A stretch of DNA of 64,000 nucleotides from NCBI GenBank assembly GCA_964016885.1, contig OZ024740.1, forward strand, positions 148,924,001 to 148,988,000. Reading direction: 5' to 3'. The position numbers and the translations under genes were made by a program. Below, piece by piece: positions 40,080 to 55,744 of the stretch. The stretch comes from Eledone cirrhosa. Taxonomy: Eukaryota. The notes beneath the pieces were generated by a model. That model saw only the letters and a program-made list of their open reading frames with translations. It was not told where the DNA came from and made no database searches. Within the stretch, counting starts at the first letter, position 1; each line of letters opens with the position of its first letter.

Positions 40080-42050
40080 GTTAATAGTCTCTGTTTACCA
40101 TTAAGGTTTGTAGGACATTCTCGTGAACCCCAGTGTCTTTTGCTATAGAAACCTAGTATCTGAGCTTTCTGATAGAAGAGATCTCCCACAACAAGTGGTC
40201 TGGAGCGATCTCATCTTTTGCGCGAAAGCAATGACCAGCAAATCTTGTACGATATTCAGTCAGAATCTGTTCAGATAAACTCAGTTTTTAGTCATTGCAG
40301 TAGAGTTCAACATGAGCAGTAGCCGTTTCCAGTGCATGATGAAGTGAGTGGACATTTGCGACTGAGTTTGAGGAAAGAGCCAAATCATCACCAAAGTCCA
40401 TATTGGTGACAAATTCAGCAGGATACCGTCTGTTTCTTCTGGGCTTAAATATTAACCCTTTCGTCTTATTACCATCCTATGAACTAAATAGGATGTAGCC
40501 CAGAACAATTATAAAGAGAAAAGGAGATGTGTTTCCATCTGGGGTTATAACTCGTGATTTCGTGTAAGTGTATAATGCTTTTATTGCTTTAACTATCATC
40601 TCTGGGATGACTTAGAGCCGTAGTACGTCAAATATTACTTTTCACTTGATGGGCATATTATGCTTTCATAAAGTCCACAAAAATGATCAAAAATCGTTAT
40701 TGCTATGGCTCATTTCTTCAAGGCTTCTCCGCAAAGACGGAATCTATGCATTGAGGGCAATAGCTGTGAGCGAGATACCTCGATAATCGTTAAATAGTGC
40801 ATGATTTCCTTTTTTTTAAAGTTAAATTGTATCTGAGAGGAGCCAAAGTGGAGGAGCATTTCGGGTGTCAAATACAAGGTTGCAGAGGTCAAATAGGAGA
40901 GGGTGGAAATTGTTATTCTTCCAAATAATCGCTGGTATATTGTCGGAATCAATTACCTTATGTTTAGGAGATACTCAAGTAGAACCCGCAGTTATTTAAT
41001 TGTGAATATAATCGTAGGGATATTGGGCGGATCGGAAACCCGATTCTTTGGAAAAATTATGTTACTTTGGGAGGTTCTCCAAAACGATTTTTGAAGTGTC
41101 CCAACCATCCAGATTTACGTTTGAAACAGTGACAGGGGATTTCTCTGTTTAACTACCTATCAGATAATTGCAGCTCAGAAAATAAAGTCGATGAATTTCA
41201 TGAAGATCTTAAGTTAGTCTGCAGCGACGTGCTTGCTCATAACCTCTTGCTAGTCTGTAGAGACTTTAATGTTAAACTGGGAAGCACCGATATAACATTC
41301 TCTTTTCACACATAAACTAATAAAAATGGATTAAATTTGGTAGATTTTGTGACAGAGCACAATCTCGCAGCCACGAACATCATGTTCATGAACAAAGCAA
41401 ATAAACTTTGGATTTTTCAATGCCCTTCTGGAAGCAGAGTTCAGTTTTACTATGTCTTAATACGAAGGAAGTGGATCAATAGCATTAAAAATATCCGTGC
41501 CTACTCCTCTTTCAATAGTGCGTTGACAGGTCACTGAATTGTGTCTGAACACAGAAACAGCGATCAGAAAATCTTTTGAAACACACTAACTAACGGGCTT
41601 CTTGTAACCAATGATAACAACCTGTCAAAAAACTATGTTGTTTCAGTTTTTAATCGCTTCTCAACACTATACCCGGAAAACACAAATGCAATTGCCAAAT
41701 ACAATCTCACCAAAGAGAGTATTGCAGAGGATATTGCTCATAACTCTTTGCCCCGCAAAATGAAAACGAACAACAAAAAGAGTGTGGTTTCAATCCAAGA
41801 TAAGGTCAGAAAAGTGAAGGTACCAAAAGAAATAATGAATTTAATTTGTCTCCAAAATTGGAGAAGAAAGTCAGATTCTAAAGAGCTCGAAACGATCTTC
41901 AAGCAGCATATGACACAGTCACTGCCGAGTTACATCAAGAAAAGAAGTCAACATCTCTACTCAGCACAGAGCAGGTCAACATGCGGCGGCTTAATGAGAT
42001 ACGCGATCGAAAGGAAAAATTTGTTGTCACTGTTCAAGGTTGCTCAGCCC
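40080..42050. mobile_element. Decayed RTE-like LINE pieces (RT on -, about 40080-40700; APE on +, about 41130-42050) with an intervening pogo/Tigger-like relic
   Basis: Minus strand: TNMDFGDDLAL. Plus strand: DFVTEHNLAATNIMF...LWIFQCPSGSRVQFYYVLIRRKWINSI. Minus strand near 41080-41125: FKRKSGWLGHFKNRFG (CENP-B HTH-like). Confidence 0.6.
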
Positions 42051-42067
42051 AAAACTTAGTAGTAGGC

Positions 42068-42145
<78 letters not shown>

Positions 42146-42147
42146 AT

Positions 42148-42204
<57 letters not shown>

Positions 42205-45200
42205 GGAGTGTTGGGGAAAAATGCCCCTCAAAGTAAAGCTTAAACGAATACAACCAGTGCAAAATAGAGCATTAAAGGTTAGGCAAAGATGAGCGAGTAA
42301 TGTTTCTTTGTCTGGTGGATAGTGTGAAGGATGTTGCGTGGTATACGTTGCTGAAATATTTTTGGGCAGTGCTTATCCACACTGGACATCAATACTTTCA
42401 AATACTACTTAATATGTGGGTAGAATTTGAAGTGCTTCCTTTTAATAGATTGTATATGAGGTGCATAGTAAAAGTGACGTGGCTAATTTGGCCAACACTA
42501 AGTGTGCGGCTGTAATCAAGAACTGGAGGTGTGTCAGGACAATCTGTGGTTGCACATGCATTACTTCGAAACACTCTTCTTTTCGGGATCTCTCTCTTGA
42601 TTCCTATTTTGTTCTCACTGTTAGGTCTTTTTATTTGTGTCTTTATTGCCATTGTCGACTTTGCTCTTAATTAGTATAAAGTCTCCTTTGTGTTTCTTCT
42701 TTGTTTTCTTTTGTATTTAGCCTTTGTTCTGTCCTCAACAACTCGGGTTCTTGTGGCCAACACATAATATTTATTTGGCAGAGGATGGTTGGTTAGCAAA
42801 GTTAATAGAGCTTCGGACAAAATGCTTTGCGGTGTTTATTTACGACCCTACTTCATCCAAATTCATATGATGCTTGAATCAACTTCACATTTGGCCTGCC
42901 AGTGGTTCAATAAAATAAAACGTCGGACAAGTAGTTGTCTTGGCATAATTGACTGTACCTATTAGAGTTTTGAATTGAGAAGGCGTGCTTTTTATGAGCT
43001 GCATGTGTATGCTTTACTCATCGGGCGGACATAACAGAAATCTTTTTCCGTGTTTGAGAAGAAAACGATATTTTCAATACAATTAGTTTTAACATTGGCG
43101 TACAGGAAGTTACCCGACACAGTGATGGTAACATCAACATAAATAAATACACCCCCTCCCCAGTGAAAAAGAAATTATCAAGAAACAAAATATGAGCATA
43201 GATTTAAAAAAGAAGAAAATAAAGGTAACAACAGTAAACAAATCTACACACTGGGAGAAAAATGATTTAGTGTCAGATAGCATTGAAAATATTGATTTAT
43301 ACTTTCACAGCGAAAATGCAAACAATAAAAGCACTATACAAACATTTTGTCGAACGTAAATTTCAACGAAATTTCTAGAAATAGTTAAGATCCAGCCAGA
43401 AAACAAACTGTCGCAGTGGTGTGAGAATCAAATATCTCCTTGCCTAAGAAATTTTCCGAGAAAGGTGGAGAAGAAAAGTGACATTCTTCTGCCACTGGAA
43501 AACATTGGCAAGGAGTTTCAATATACTTCCAATCGAGAAACTGCAGGATGCCCTAAACGACATATGGAGTGTAGTGTTGTCCATCGAGTTGCGCAATTTA
43601 CTCTAATGCATCTTCAAAGTATTTAAAATCATAGGCAAGGCAAAACAGAAGTAGTGTGACAAGCATCTGTCATTAGCTCATACCAAATCTGCTAGCGCAA
43701 TACAAGTGTGAGAGCTAGAAGCATTGGCGGCGATAATGACACCTGGGTCTTGTCACCGTTCTAGCACACTATAAATATATTATGAGTGCATATGTTCAGT
43801 AGAGTTCAGTATGGATTTAACGTCCTAATGAACCACACAACCGCAGGGCTAATTCGGAGGTAATTCGTAGCTACGCGAAGTAGAAACAAAAGCAATATGA
43901 TCTGAGTTGCCGCGTGGTAAGTCAGTAAGAGTTACGTAACGACTTTCTGTCTGGATTAACTAGAAATGCTGAAAGAGAGTGAAAGGGAGGTGATCATTAC
44001 CATGAGATCTCATATGATGCTTTTCCAACACGTTGGACGGAACCGGCTAACTGCTGAGTCCATCGTGAATATTGACCCAACACCTTCCTTTAGCAGTTTT
44101 TATCTGGCTGGTGGCTATGGCGAAAGAGATAGTGTGGTGGACACGTCTAAAATGACTAAAGACAAACACGTTCCACTTCGGCGAAGCCCTGATTAACTTT
44201 TACAGGAAGAGGAAAATCAGAGTGGTGAGGCAAGTGCTATCTTCCAAACAGTTTGTTGAAAGATGGGTGAGAGGGGCGAGCATGACCCGAATAAAAGGGC
44301 CTGCTCTGTGTACGAGCCTGTAAATTGGAAGTGGAGAATAGGGGGAGGACACTTTTGCCGGTGGACAGTCTGACCGCAGCTTTTCTCTATGTGTGACCAT
44401 CGGAAGTACCCTCTATTTTGGAATTTACTTTGAATATGTTTTTTATATCTCGTTATATGAACATATTACTCGCTAAAACCGAATCTTCTGTCCTGTTCTG
44501 TTTGTACTATCCTTAAATATTTCTACATGTAAACAACTGCGTGGCTAATAAAGAAATTACTGTTATTATCATTATTGTCGAAGACTTTTGTCTGAACCTT
44601 GCCTGAAAATGTATTTAGCCTTCATTGTACACCGTTGCATATTTGACATAGATTCACAAATCTTTTTCCTCAATTGGTTGACGAGTAAATTAAAAAGTAG
44701 ATAGGATTTTAAAAAGTAACTCAGACAACGTATGTAACTCAGTTAAAGCAGGTAAGCAGATCCGTATTTGTGAAATACTAAGCTTCTTAATATTATAGAC
44801 TGTTTATATATATGCACACAATCACAGCAACGTAAACTATTTATCTACATTTTATAATTTAGCTAAAATAACATTTTAAGTAGCGGATGACATATATTTG
44901 ATAGAATGTAGAATTATTATCTATAAAGTTAGATCTCCACTCAATTTACTGTACTGTATACAAATAGTTTGTATGTATGTATGTTCTTCTGGTTTCATAA
45001 TTTTACAAATGTTTACCAATAGAGAGAGTCGGTTTCTAGCAATGACGCAAGACTCTTTCATTGGAATTTAAACAACATCAAATAGGTAGATATGTATTCA
45101 TGTCTGCATGCGTGCGTGTGTGTGCAGGTATGGATGTTATTTTATGTGTGGATGCGGATGTTTTGAGTTATATGTATGCATGCGCATATGTTTCGTATCT

Positions 45201-45299
45201 TTAAATGTTTACATGCAGTTATTACATACAGTATTTTTGGAATGTTTTACATATTTTTACTGGATTGTACTTGTAATTTCCTAACTAGTCGTGTTCTTT

Positions 45300-45860
45300 C
45301 TGGTTCTGTGCAGCCCGGCGTCTCAAGAGTTGGACTGAGATAGTTACTAATATATCCCAGTGTCCCAATAATTACATGCATAAATATGAAGGTATAGTCA
45401 GGGTGGAGTATCTGTGATTCCGCATTAGTTCTGAATATATATTTTCCTTTTCACTAATCCTTAATATCATATTTGCACTTGCTGGGCAGCTAGCTTCCAT
45501 TAGTGTGCATGCCTTCTTGTCCCTGTCCCATCTCATTATATCTGGTCTGTTATGCTTGCATTTTATTGATGTTTTGATTGGAACAATCCACCAGTACTCT
45601 TTCATATTATGTATGTATATGTCTTCCAAATTGCTGTAACTTTTAATATGTTTATTGTTGGGGCTAACTTTTCTACTGATTGCATTGTATCGTGTTTTGG
45701 CCACTGCATCATGCCTCATAGGTAGATAGTACCGTGATGACATCTTTGGACAGCTGCTTATGACATGGCTGACATCTTTGATTTTAATTCTACAGAGCCT
45801 GTATTTGTTGTCACATCTAGGTGTTTTGCCTGCGTCCCTATCTCTTTTGTGAATCAGGTA
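45300..45860 (-). mobile_element. R4/Dong-type non-LTR 3' fragment (REL endonuclease)
   Basis: SHVISSCPKMSSRYYLPMRHDAVAK...KHNRPDIMRWDRDKKACTLMEASCP...EKENIYSEL. Confidence 0.75.
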
Positions 45861-48800
45861 CTATGTATGTATGCATGTATGTATGTATGTTTCTATGTTT
45901 CCAAAGTAATGTTTTATCCATCTTTCCAAATGTGAAACGGATGCGGTTCAAAACAAAACGAATTATCTATGTGTTCTTCATTACCTGATCTTCGTGTATT
46001 GAAATACGCATGCGTTATATTGGTATAGTAACTAATCTGCTTCGTGCATTCCAAATCTATTATTTATCTGTGTTATTTTCTGGTTGAAGATAATGTCCTC
46101 TTTGATTCTTAAATTGATCTCATTCCTCTCCGTCGCTTCTATGGTGACTTCAATATCTTGACTACGGTATCGGTCAAAATGTTTCTTTCTAAATAGGTCT
46201 CGTCGTCGGCAAAAAGTGCTGCTTATTCCATATGCGCAAATGTAAATTTATAGACCACAAACACTTCCTAATTGCTCCATCAGCAGTGCAAAAGTTTGCC
46301 TGAGAACGTATGAGTTCTACATGGTCACATGTTGAAAATGTAGCTCCCCGTATATGCTGCATTTACGGATTAAGGAGCACATGACGTCGAGAGCTTCTGT
46401 TACAAAACATCTTAGATAGAAAGCGTTTATGTGGGTTTTACGATACTTGTGTCTCTTTATCTTTCGGCTTTCCACGTGGACGTGGGGGCTACCAGAGAAG
46501 TCTATTCATATCGGGAGTGGTCTATAAGCACTCTTGGTTTTTATTTGTATGAGTTGTCTCTGTCTATTCTAAATACACACAGAAGGGTTTATTCGTCCTC
46601 CAAGAAAACGAGGAGAGCTGCTTCTTGCCAAGGAAAGGATATTTCGGGTGGCACCTGGGTAACATTGATTTTCACCAAATTTCACAATAGAACGGCACCA
46701 GGATAAAATAATAGTCCCTCATTTGTGCTCTATAGTATGAGTTGACCGCCTGTTAGGTGGCAAACCTCACCACCATATATTTTACCTCGAGTGATGAGTT
46801 TTTCTTGATTTATGTCTCGGGTGACCGCTCCACCCAACATGACATCGCATCAGTTGGCCGATACATAAATGAAATTTCTTTCCATCACGGCCGATAAAGG
46901 TTTGAAGCTCACCCTGTAACCTCCCTTACACCATCCCCTCTGAGGAATCTTTTATGCCGGCTGTGAAGGGGCTGGCTGGCCTTTCTTCTTGCTTACAACT
47001 GCTTCATTTGACTTTTAAACTCTCTGTTTGGAGACCAAATTGCTGACTGATTTGTCTGCTGGTCAATAATAAAATAGTTGTCATTTTTGTGGCATATTAC
47101 GGCATCGCACATGCACCTATAACAAACGTATAAACAAAACACGTTTAAAACACAAGGGGAAAAAAATTCATATGGAGTTATTCGAGCAATAATCATAACA
47201 CATCATCTACTAACGATTAACCGTTGTGCCTTCTCCTGGTCCAAGTCTGGCTGCACTGGAGCGTTCGCTCTTTCACTTGTTGGGAAAGGGATGCGAACCA
47301 ATAATCAGATGGTCAATTTGCTGTCACCATTCGTTGAGTGGAGTCCTCAGAATGCCGTGGCTGATGATGCGCAATATGCACTCCAGCTTTACTTTGACGC
47401 AGAACACGTGAGGTTGTCGTTTGCTTGATGTATTTTCCCACAGCTCGTCGCCTGGACTGAGCTGCAGTCATGGGTCAAGCGAAGACCGAGAAGGAGCGCT
47501 CGGAAACCGGAATGTCTTCAATCGTTCTCAGCCCTCAACCAATCGGATGGTGCGATCAGTGAAAACTCCAGCTTGGCTGTCTATAGAGGTTTAGTGGCGA
47601 GTAAAAACGACGATGTCCTTGGGACTTTGGGGCGGGGGTCAGTGAAAATCAACTAATCACTCTGTTCCAGAGGTCATTCAGTCCCGAGCCCAGGGATAAT
47701 TTCTAGAAATCCCTGTTCTAGCAGTGCTACAGAGGGGCTTTGCCATATCGAGATAAACTCACATGCATGGAAATGCTGTCATGCACACACTTGTCGAGTC
47801 TCCTGGTACTGCTGACATGTGGGTTTACGCCAAACACCTGCTGACACTTGTGGGACAAATCCGACTATAAACTGAGTCCACTGAGAAGATCACACATCAG
47901 TGTTCCTTTAGAGGGGAAGGACAGGCACTTTTTATCTGCTTCGTGGCCATGGTGGAAGATGTTGGGAGATGTACGCGCTTGAAAGGGGTGTTGACAAGTA
48001 CTTTCCTTTTTCAGATTTCATTCGAAGAGAAAATTGAGAGTGGAGAAGGAATTGCCTCTTTCCAAACAGCATTTTAAAATGAAGATGGGTGAGAGGTGAG
48101 AGGGGCAAGCATTATTAGCCCTGTGTGTTTAATAAAGAAACCATTGTTGTTTTTATTGCTGTTGCTGCTGTAGAGAAAGTTCATTGTTTGTTTTCTGAAC
48201 ATAATATATTGTTTTGTAGCTAAGCCAACCATCTTCTGAGAGAGCTAGATGATCTGTAACCCTTAAAAGTCAAATGTTTGTTTTTCTTGTCATAAACATG
48301 TCCCTTATTTAAAAGACAGGCTGGCAAGAAGGGTTATGCTAAAAGGAACAGTCGGCTGTCAAGAAGATGGAACATCCAATGCTAAAACTCTAATGACAGC
48401 AGTAGCAACTACAATATAAACATCTCTCTCTGAGGGAAAACTATGAAGTCAATTTCCCAATTTCAAACACTTTGAAGCCATCGCCACATTCACAAGAAGA
48501 ACAAAAATAAAGCAAACGCAACAAAACTATCAACATCACTAAGACCAAAACAAAACCACCACCACCACTGCAACAACAAAAATAACACAGACACCAACAG
48601 CAACACAAATGACAACACCAACATGAATAACAGCAAAAATAAGACATTTGCAGTAACTACGGCAAAACCCACACAAATATTTAATATAGATTTAATAAAT
48701 AAAAGCAATAGTTTGGCATGAGCGGCCAATAAATATGACTTTGTTGATCATAGCCGTCTCGCCCCAGGTGTTGGCACTAACCGCCAAAAGAAGTTTGTAC

Positions 48801-50499
48801 TACCATGTATTTCGACAAAAATCAGACGGTCGGAGGCAACACTCCCAGTAGAAGTAGAAAAAGCACTGAAAGAGGTCACGTCCGTTATCTATTACAGCCT
48901 GACGGCCGTGTCTTGCCACTTCGAAATCGGTGGGCTTACACTTAACTTCTCGTGGAAGCGACAGGCTTCTCCATCAGCTGCCAAACTCCTCAACATTGAG
49001 CGATGGCCATGCTGTCGTTGATGATGCGCTGATGAGATTACGCCGTCATCGGCTTTTCTTTAACGGTAAACAAGTGTGGTTCCCTTTTGTCAGGCAAGTT
49101 TTTTTTTCCGCAGCTTCTCTCTTTGACTGGGCGCCTGCCATCTAGAATGTTGGCAGGTGTATATTGCCCTCTGCCAAGCGGGTAATGCAGTCAGTGGGAA
49201 TTCCATTTTAGCGAGTCATCGCGTTCTCGGAAAAACTCGGGACATCGACGAAATCCTTGGCTTAACTGTGCTACCGGGGGTACTCCGGTTTGAGACAAAC
49301 GCTACTGGTACGGAAGTTAAATCCGATTCAGACAAGAATAACCTTATCTTCAAACCGATTCATCCCCTCTCGTTGTCGATTATTCATGCACTGAATATTA
49401 ATCATGTACTGAAATAGTTTCAAATCTCTTGTACCGGCGTCAAAAGTGTTCCTACATTTTTATTTCCGTTGGCTCAATTTTGCCATTCATCTAATGTGGT
49501 TCTGGGAAAATTAGCAATATTTGTCCTTTAATCCAACACTAGTCTTCATCGTGCAGATCTAGGATTAAAAGTATTCCAGATAAGACGATCCAGTATTTAG
49601 GAATACATTATTTAATGGATGTCATTTCATTTTCAATGACAGTATATTGCGATTTAAGTAAGTTCTAGCTGCTATTGCTAGCAGGTCAAGAAATTGCATA
49701 GAGGTTTCTTTGCTGGTTTGTTATAAATCATATCATATCGTAGATGTAACATCTGAGAGCATGTGTGGCTGTGAAGTTACGGAATTCACTATGGAACTAT
49801 ACGATTTCAGCCCCATCCCTCTTTGCAGCATCCCATGAAAGTGTTCTCCGTGGCAGCCTTGGATGTACCACATCCTCCTGAGTAAAGTTATATAAATAGA
49901 AACTTTATGGAAGCCCATGCGGAAAGCAATTTCCTTGGAATAGTCCATTCTGACACAAGCATTTCAGAATAGGTCTCGAATCTCAGAATAGCTCTTCCAT
50001 TCTTTCCTTCAGCGAATATACCCGTATCAGAATATACTCACAGTGTACTAAGAATACAACGCTGATTGCAAATTAGATATAAAAATACTGAGGTACAGAT
50101 TGGTATTATAAAACGGTGTTAAACGAGAGAGGGTAAAACCTAAGGAGAATATTGATATAATTGTTAGAAAGACATTTCTGATACGGTTTAATCAAAAGGT
50201 AATGACTGAAGCAATAAACATATTCTAAGTCACATAAAATGTATAAAGCAATATACAGGTGTGAGGAAAGATGAGCAAATTTCTGAAATTGTAGAAAGAA
50301 ACAGGTTTTCATAGGGAAGTACAGTGTACACAAATATGCAAAAGTGATAAAAAAAAATAATAAAGAGTAAAGAACAAAATCGATACAATATTAAGAATGA
50401 AACATTTCAACAGTCGAAACCTCAGAAAGAAAGACAATAATCTTTGAATGAAGCAATTGCAGACAGGTAATTGATAAAATATCACATGATTATATATAT

Positions 50500-50690
50500 T
50501 TGTTTCTACTTTTGGCACAAGGCCAGCAACTATCCCAGTGTATTAATGGTACTTTATTTTATCGATCCCGTAAGGATGAAAGGCAAAGTTAACCTCGACG
50601 GGATTTGAACTCAGAATGGCAAGGGCCGTAACTCTATGCGCCAAAGCATGGTGTCCGACCCACTACCGATACTGCCAATCCACCGCCCCC
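50500..50690 (-). mobile_element. tRNA-derived SINE (same family)
   Basis: Full-length match with A and B boxes. Confidence 0.85.
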
Positions 50691-52274
50691 ATGATTATAT
50701 ATATTGATGGTACACAATGGCCTACATTACACACTCTGAAAAATTTAGAAATAAGGACACGCAATCCACCATTAACTGTAATAATCTAATTTATTTAAGA
50801 GACTGCTTAAAACAAAACTATTGAATCCAAAATATTCTCTAATAAGTATATAACAATCTGGTTTCTTCCACTTTCCAAAATATAGTCATTACACACATCA
50901 AATAGACCAACAAAACATCACTTTCAACAGTTATGAAAAAGTCGTCATAAAACCTTCATAATCTTTACAAGTGCCATCCCTTACAATCAAAGATGATCTC
51001 TGACGGGAAATACACATCTAACATAAAACCAATGTTAAGTAGTTTTTTGAAAGTTAGAAACAACTTTAACTCTAAGCATTTAGGTAAGGGCTAACATACT
51101 TATTGTAACAAGCATAGAAAATTCAATTAATGAAAATTGTATATACAATGAGAAGAGGAAAACATCGCATCCTTGATTAGAGTTAGTGAAATCTGTTTTA
51201 GGTAAAGCGGCGTCGACTCCGAAATGATATTATTACAACAACTTCCGAATCCAGGCCATTGTAGTAATTGTAAAAAGGGGAAAAAAGAAACAGCAAGTCT
51301 GTGAGAAGCGTTATAGCGTAGCCAATTACACATATGTTCTTGTTTTGGATACAGTCTAAGATATCCGTATGCATAGCAGCAGTGCCATCCTAGATAGAGG
51401 TTTGGTATTGATATGTCAGTTTGTCATGAGAGATTGTGAAGCCTAGTATTGGTAGTGACTTTGTAGAGCTTAAGTGCTCTTTATATTAGAGATGCAGTGG
51501 TTCCGTTTCCTTTTATCACAACTATCTGGTGCTCTTTATTGGTCAGTCTGTTTATCATCATAACCTGACATTTGGATGCCTTTAGTGGCATCCACTCAAA
51601 TGCGAACATTCAGGATGTATTTCCATGATACTTACCACTCTCCCACCAGTCATTGAGGGCCTGAAAAGAATCAACGACACTGACCCTCATTTTGACTAAC
51701 CAACAAAACTACTACAAGGTTTTACACCTAGTTCCCACGTTAGTACAGTAACCATCTAGAATTATATCCCGGCCCTATGTGTCCAGTAGATATTAACCTG
51801 CGTATTTTCCATCTGAATATTAACCGCATTGATCAGAAACATGGATGGGTCTGAAAAAATGTTTTTTACTGCTCTCGATATTATTTATAGGTTGTATGAA
51901 AATAGCCAAGTTTGTTTTATATATGACTCATTTAGATATTTAGCGAAATTCCCCACTAATGTTATAATAGATTAGGTCTGATGACATACTGAAATAATTA
52001 ATGAGTTTTAGAAAGATGTAAGGATTATTTCAACAAATAATCGATTACCTTTTGATCTCTCATTACTGACAAGTAAGCCCTGTAAAACAAATGTGTGACG
52101 ACCATATAATTCTGAAGAGCATTTGTTAAATAAATACGAATGGTTACAGCTAAATCTAGGAAGAGTTCACATATTTTTTTATGATTTTCAACGTTTTATT
52201 ATTGTTTCCACTATTATTTAATTACGTCCATATTGCCATTCTTGTAGTACTTGTATTTGGATGTTATTATTGTT

Positions 52275-53143
52275 TTTTGCCTTTCATCCTTACGGGGTCT
52301 ATAAATAAAGTACCAGTAATGTACTGGGTAATTGCTGGCCTTGTGCCTAAAGTAGAAACAATTATTTTTCGGTCACAGCATAGAGTTACCTCCCTTTATG
52401 ATCTGAGTTCAAATCCCGCCTAAGTTAACTTTGCCTTTCATCCTTACGGAGTCGATAAAATAAAGTACCAGTAACGTACTGGGGTCGATTTAATCGACTT
52501 TCCCCTCCCCCCAGATTACTTTACTGGCCTTGTGCCTATACTAGAAATCATTATTGTTTGAGTCAAACAATCACTCATAGGATTATTTCTCTATATTTAT
52601 CTAAGTATCTTTGCTCATCGTATTTATCTACATAGTTTATTCGTATCTGTCGTTACTATTCCAAACACTATTTACTACTGCTCTAAGTATGTTTTTTTTA
52701 TTTTGTTTGTTTGTTTTATGAGTTTTATTATTCTGATGTTAAATTATGAATAAATGGGAATTTCATGTTTCTCTTTTCTTTACAATCGTCACTTTTTCTA
52801 GCGTTGCTACATATAATATTGTTGCCAGTCTTATACTAACCATGGTGTAATGTTACTACACCACCATTAGTAATGCGAAATATTTTAATAATGCAATTTA
52901 ATTTAGGGAATCTAGTCATTTTATTTTCATCAGCAGTTGAGCTGTTATTATTATCATTATTTTGGCAGTATCGGTAGAGAGTCGGACACCATGTTTTGAA
53001 GCATAGAGTTACGTCCCTTTATGATCTGAGTTCAAATCCCGCCGAGGTTAACTTTGCCTTTCATCCTTACGGGGTCGATAAAGTAAAGTACCAGTAATAC
53101 ACTGGGTAATTGCTGGCCTTGCGCCAAAAGTAGAAACAATTAT
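52275..53143 (+). mobile_element. Cluster of three SINE copies (52275-52345, 52375-52555, 52960-53143); other partial copies at 17122-17215, 21364-21425 and 34246-34360
   Basis: Same SINE body, on the + strand in this cluster. Confidence 0.8.
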
Positions 53144-55687
53144 TATTACTAGTTATTTCATTTCCCTAATTCCTCAAATTCACTCCTACATAAGGTAAAA
53201 TAATTTCATAATGTTATCAAATAAATATTTTTCTATTCCCATTTTAACTCTTATTATAATCATCGTTTTGTTCGATTGTTTCATTGAAAGCTTGGTTGTT
53301 TGTTTTGTTACTGTCATTAAATGCTGTGTCCATTTTGAAGTTAGTGATTTCGTTACCGAGACTACGAGGTAGGTCAAACGATATTTCTTTTTGTTTCTCT
53401 TTATTTACTTAAAAACTCTTCTTCTCTAGAGGCGCTATGACAGGTGAGTTACAGACCTAGCAAGAAATACAATGCTTAACAACTCACTTCTCTATGTATA
53501 GTATGGTTCACTTTATGTTGGTAAATGTGAATGTTCTGTTTTACAAATTTAGCGTCCTCGCGTTTGCCTTAATTTTGACAGATCTAGGCCATGATGCAAA
53601 AGTTAATTAGAAGCTTTACACAAGAAATCCAAACATATACCGCTAAAATATACACAAAAATTTAAAACAAACAGACAGGTTTTTAATATTGAGATGAACT
53701 TTGAATACCTTAGCTTGACTACAGACAGCAAGAAGCTTGGTAAGTAAATTACTATTTTATAATATTCATTTTATAGAGCAAAATATATAGATTAAATAAT
53801 AACTTAAAACGTTTCTGTTTTTATTTAAAATATATAGTTATGTTTAGAAAAACACAAAAATAAACCCAAATTTTCCAAGCAGACAACGCTAATTTAAGAT
53901 GCGGTAGGATAGTAGCAATAAACATTTTCAAATTAAAATATTTACCACCTACGTTACACCAAGGATATTATAAATTACTTAATATTTCCTATATAAAGTC
54001 ATTTAATATACTAATTTATCAACAATGCCAAATCATTCCTTTTTCGAATATTGCCATGTACGAAATAAAATAATTCCAAGTATGACGTGTGTTATAATCC
54101 CATTGCATTGCATTTCATATTGGATATGACATGACTAAAATCTGGAACATTTTAGATTCTTTTACTATTGGGATTCACTCGTCAATAGAACTCCGCTGTG
54201 AACTTTAGTATGGGTGATTCGATTATATAAATATCACGGCTGAACTCATCAATTCTCTTGTCAGTAATGTATTCAACCATTTAGACATTGAATACAAAAA
54301 TGATGTTCTAATTGAATCCAACTTTCATTCTCACCACCACAATTACATAAATATATACATAAGAAGACATGGTGGGAGACAATACCAATGTTCTTAACAG
54401 CTTGCAAAATATGAGAACAAAATATTTTAATATTGATTAATCATTATTTCATAAGATTCACATAACCAATAGAAACTGGTCATACTTGATAAAACTTAAA
54501 TTTATTTGATGTTACAAATATAGAAATATTTGTTTTGTTGGATTAAATATAAGAATCTTTAAATATATTTCCGTTTTCAATTTGTATTTATCACTTATAA
54601 TTTTTCATATATATTTATATATGTGTGTGTGTCTCTGTGTGTGTAGCGATATGCATTTTTGTTTGAAAATTATAACATTTGCTATTTACGATATTTGAGT
54701 AAGAATAAGTTAATATTGCTCATATAAACCAAATCAACAAGCTAACTTATCAATAATACCAAGTTATTCCTATTCGAATATAATCACGTTGTAGTGAATT
54801 ATACATTGAGTATTGTCTTTCGATCTTATACTTACATGTATTCAAAAGACAAAATGTTTTAAAATAGCAAAATGAATTTAACGATAAATTTGTAACGGCT
54901 TGTGTGTTTGTGTATATGTGTGCGTGCGTGCGGAGGGGTGAGTTTATGCCTGTGTACATTTATAAAAAGCAACACTCACACACATACACACAGATATATA
55001 TATATATATATGGGGGGGGGTATGTGTGCGTGCGCGTGTGTGTGCGCGTGTGTGTGTAAAAAGTAAACAGAAATAATAAAGCAAACGACACAATACAGTG
55101 AAGAAAATATATTATTACTTCCTTCGAATTCACAGCTTTCAAATGTGAAGAAAATTAACTAATATATCGAACGTGCTCATGCGTGGGAATGCTATAAAAT
55201 ATCCTATAAAATAGGGTGAAGACCCTTAAAGACCTAAAAAGTATAGGTTACCATCGGCTGCTAAGAGGAATATTTATATGTATGTATGTATGATTTATGT
55301 ATGTATCTATGTGTGTTAAAATTGTAACATTTCTCCTAATACTTAAACATCTACTCACTTTCTATCTGTATAAAAACATTGAGCTTTTATCTTCTTAATC
55401 GCAATTTCTCTAGAGGTAACTATTATTTTATTATCTAACGCATCATTTAATATATATAGATGTATATATTAAAAGTCAGGTGCAGGTAGTGCTAGTTCAT
55501 TGTCTTACGGTCGTTTCAGAGAGTCGATTGATCGATGGAGATCGACTAGCATGGTATTGGTTAAGTTACTACCTATTTCTAGTCTCGAAAACCCTCTTCA
55601 TTCGACCGTACTCCCACTGCCGAATCTCGCTGCAACCATACTTCCAAGGACACATTGAATTCTAAAAACGTTTTCCGACCCACCACT

Positions 55688-55740
<53 letters not shown>

Positions 55741-55744
<4 letters not shown>

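Noticed and set aside
42511-42790. LTR (TG...CA) followed by a tRNA-Met-like primer binding site tggcagaggatggtt
   Set aside because: No partner LTR or gag/pol was found, and the motif overlaps a decayed SINE head.
49157-49417. piggyBac-like peptide (DIDEILGLTVLPGVLR)
   Set aside because: Too short and degenerate, with no TIR/TTAA support.
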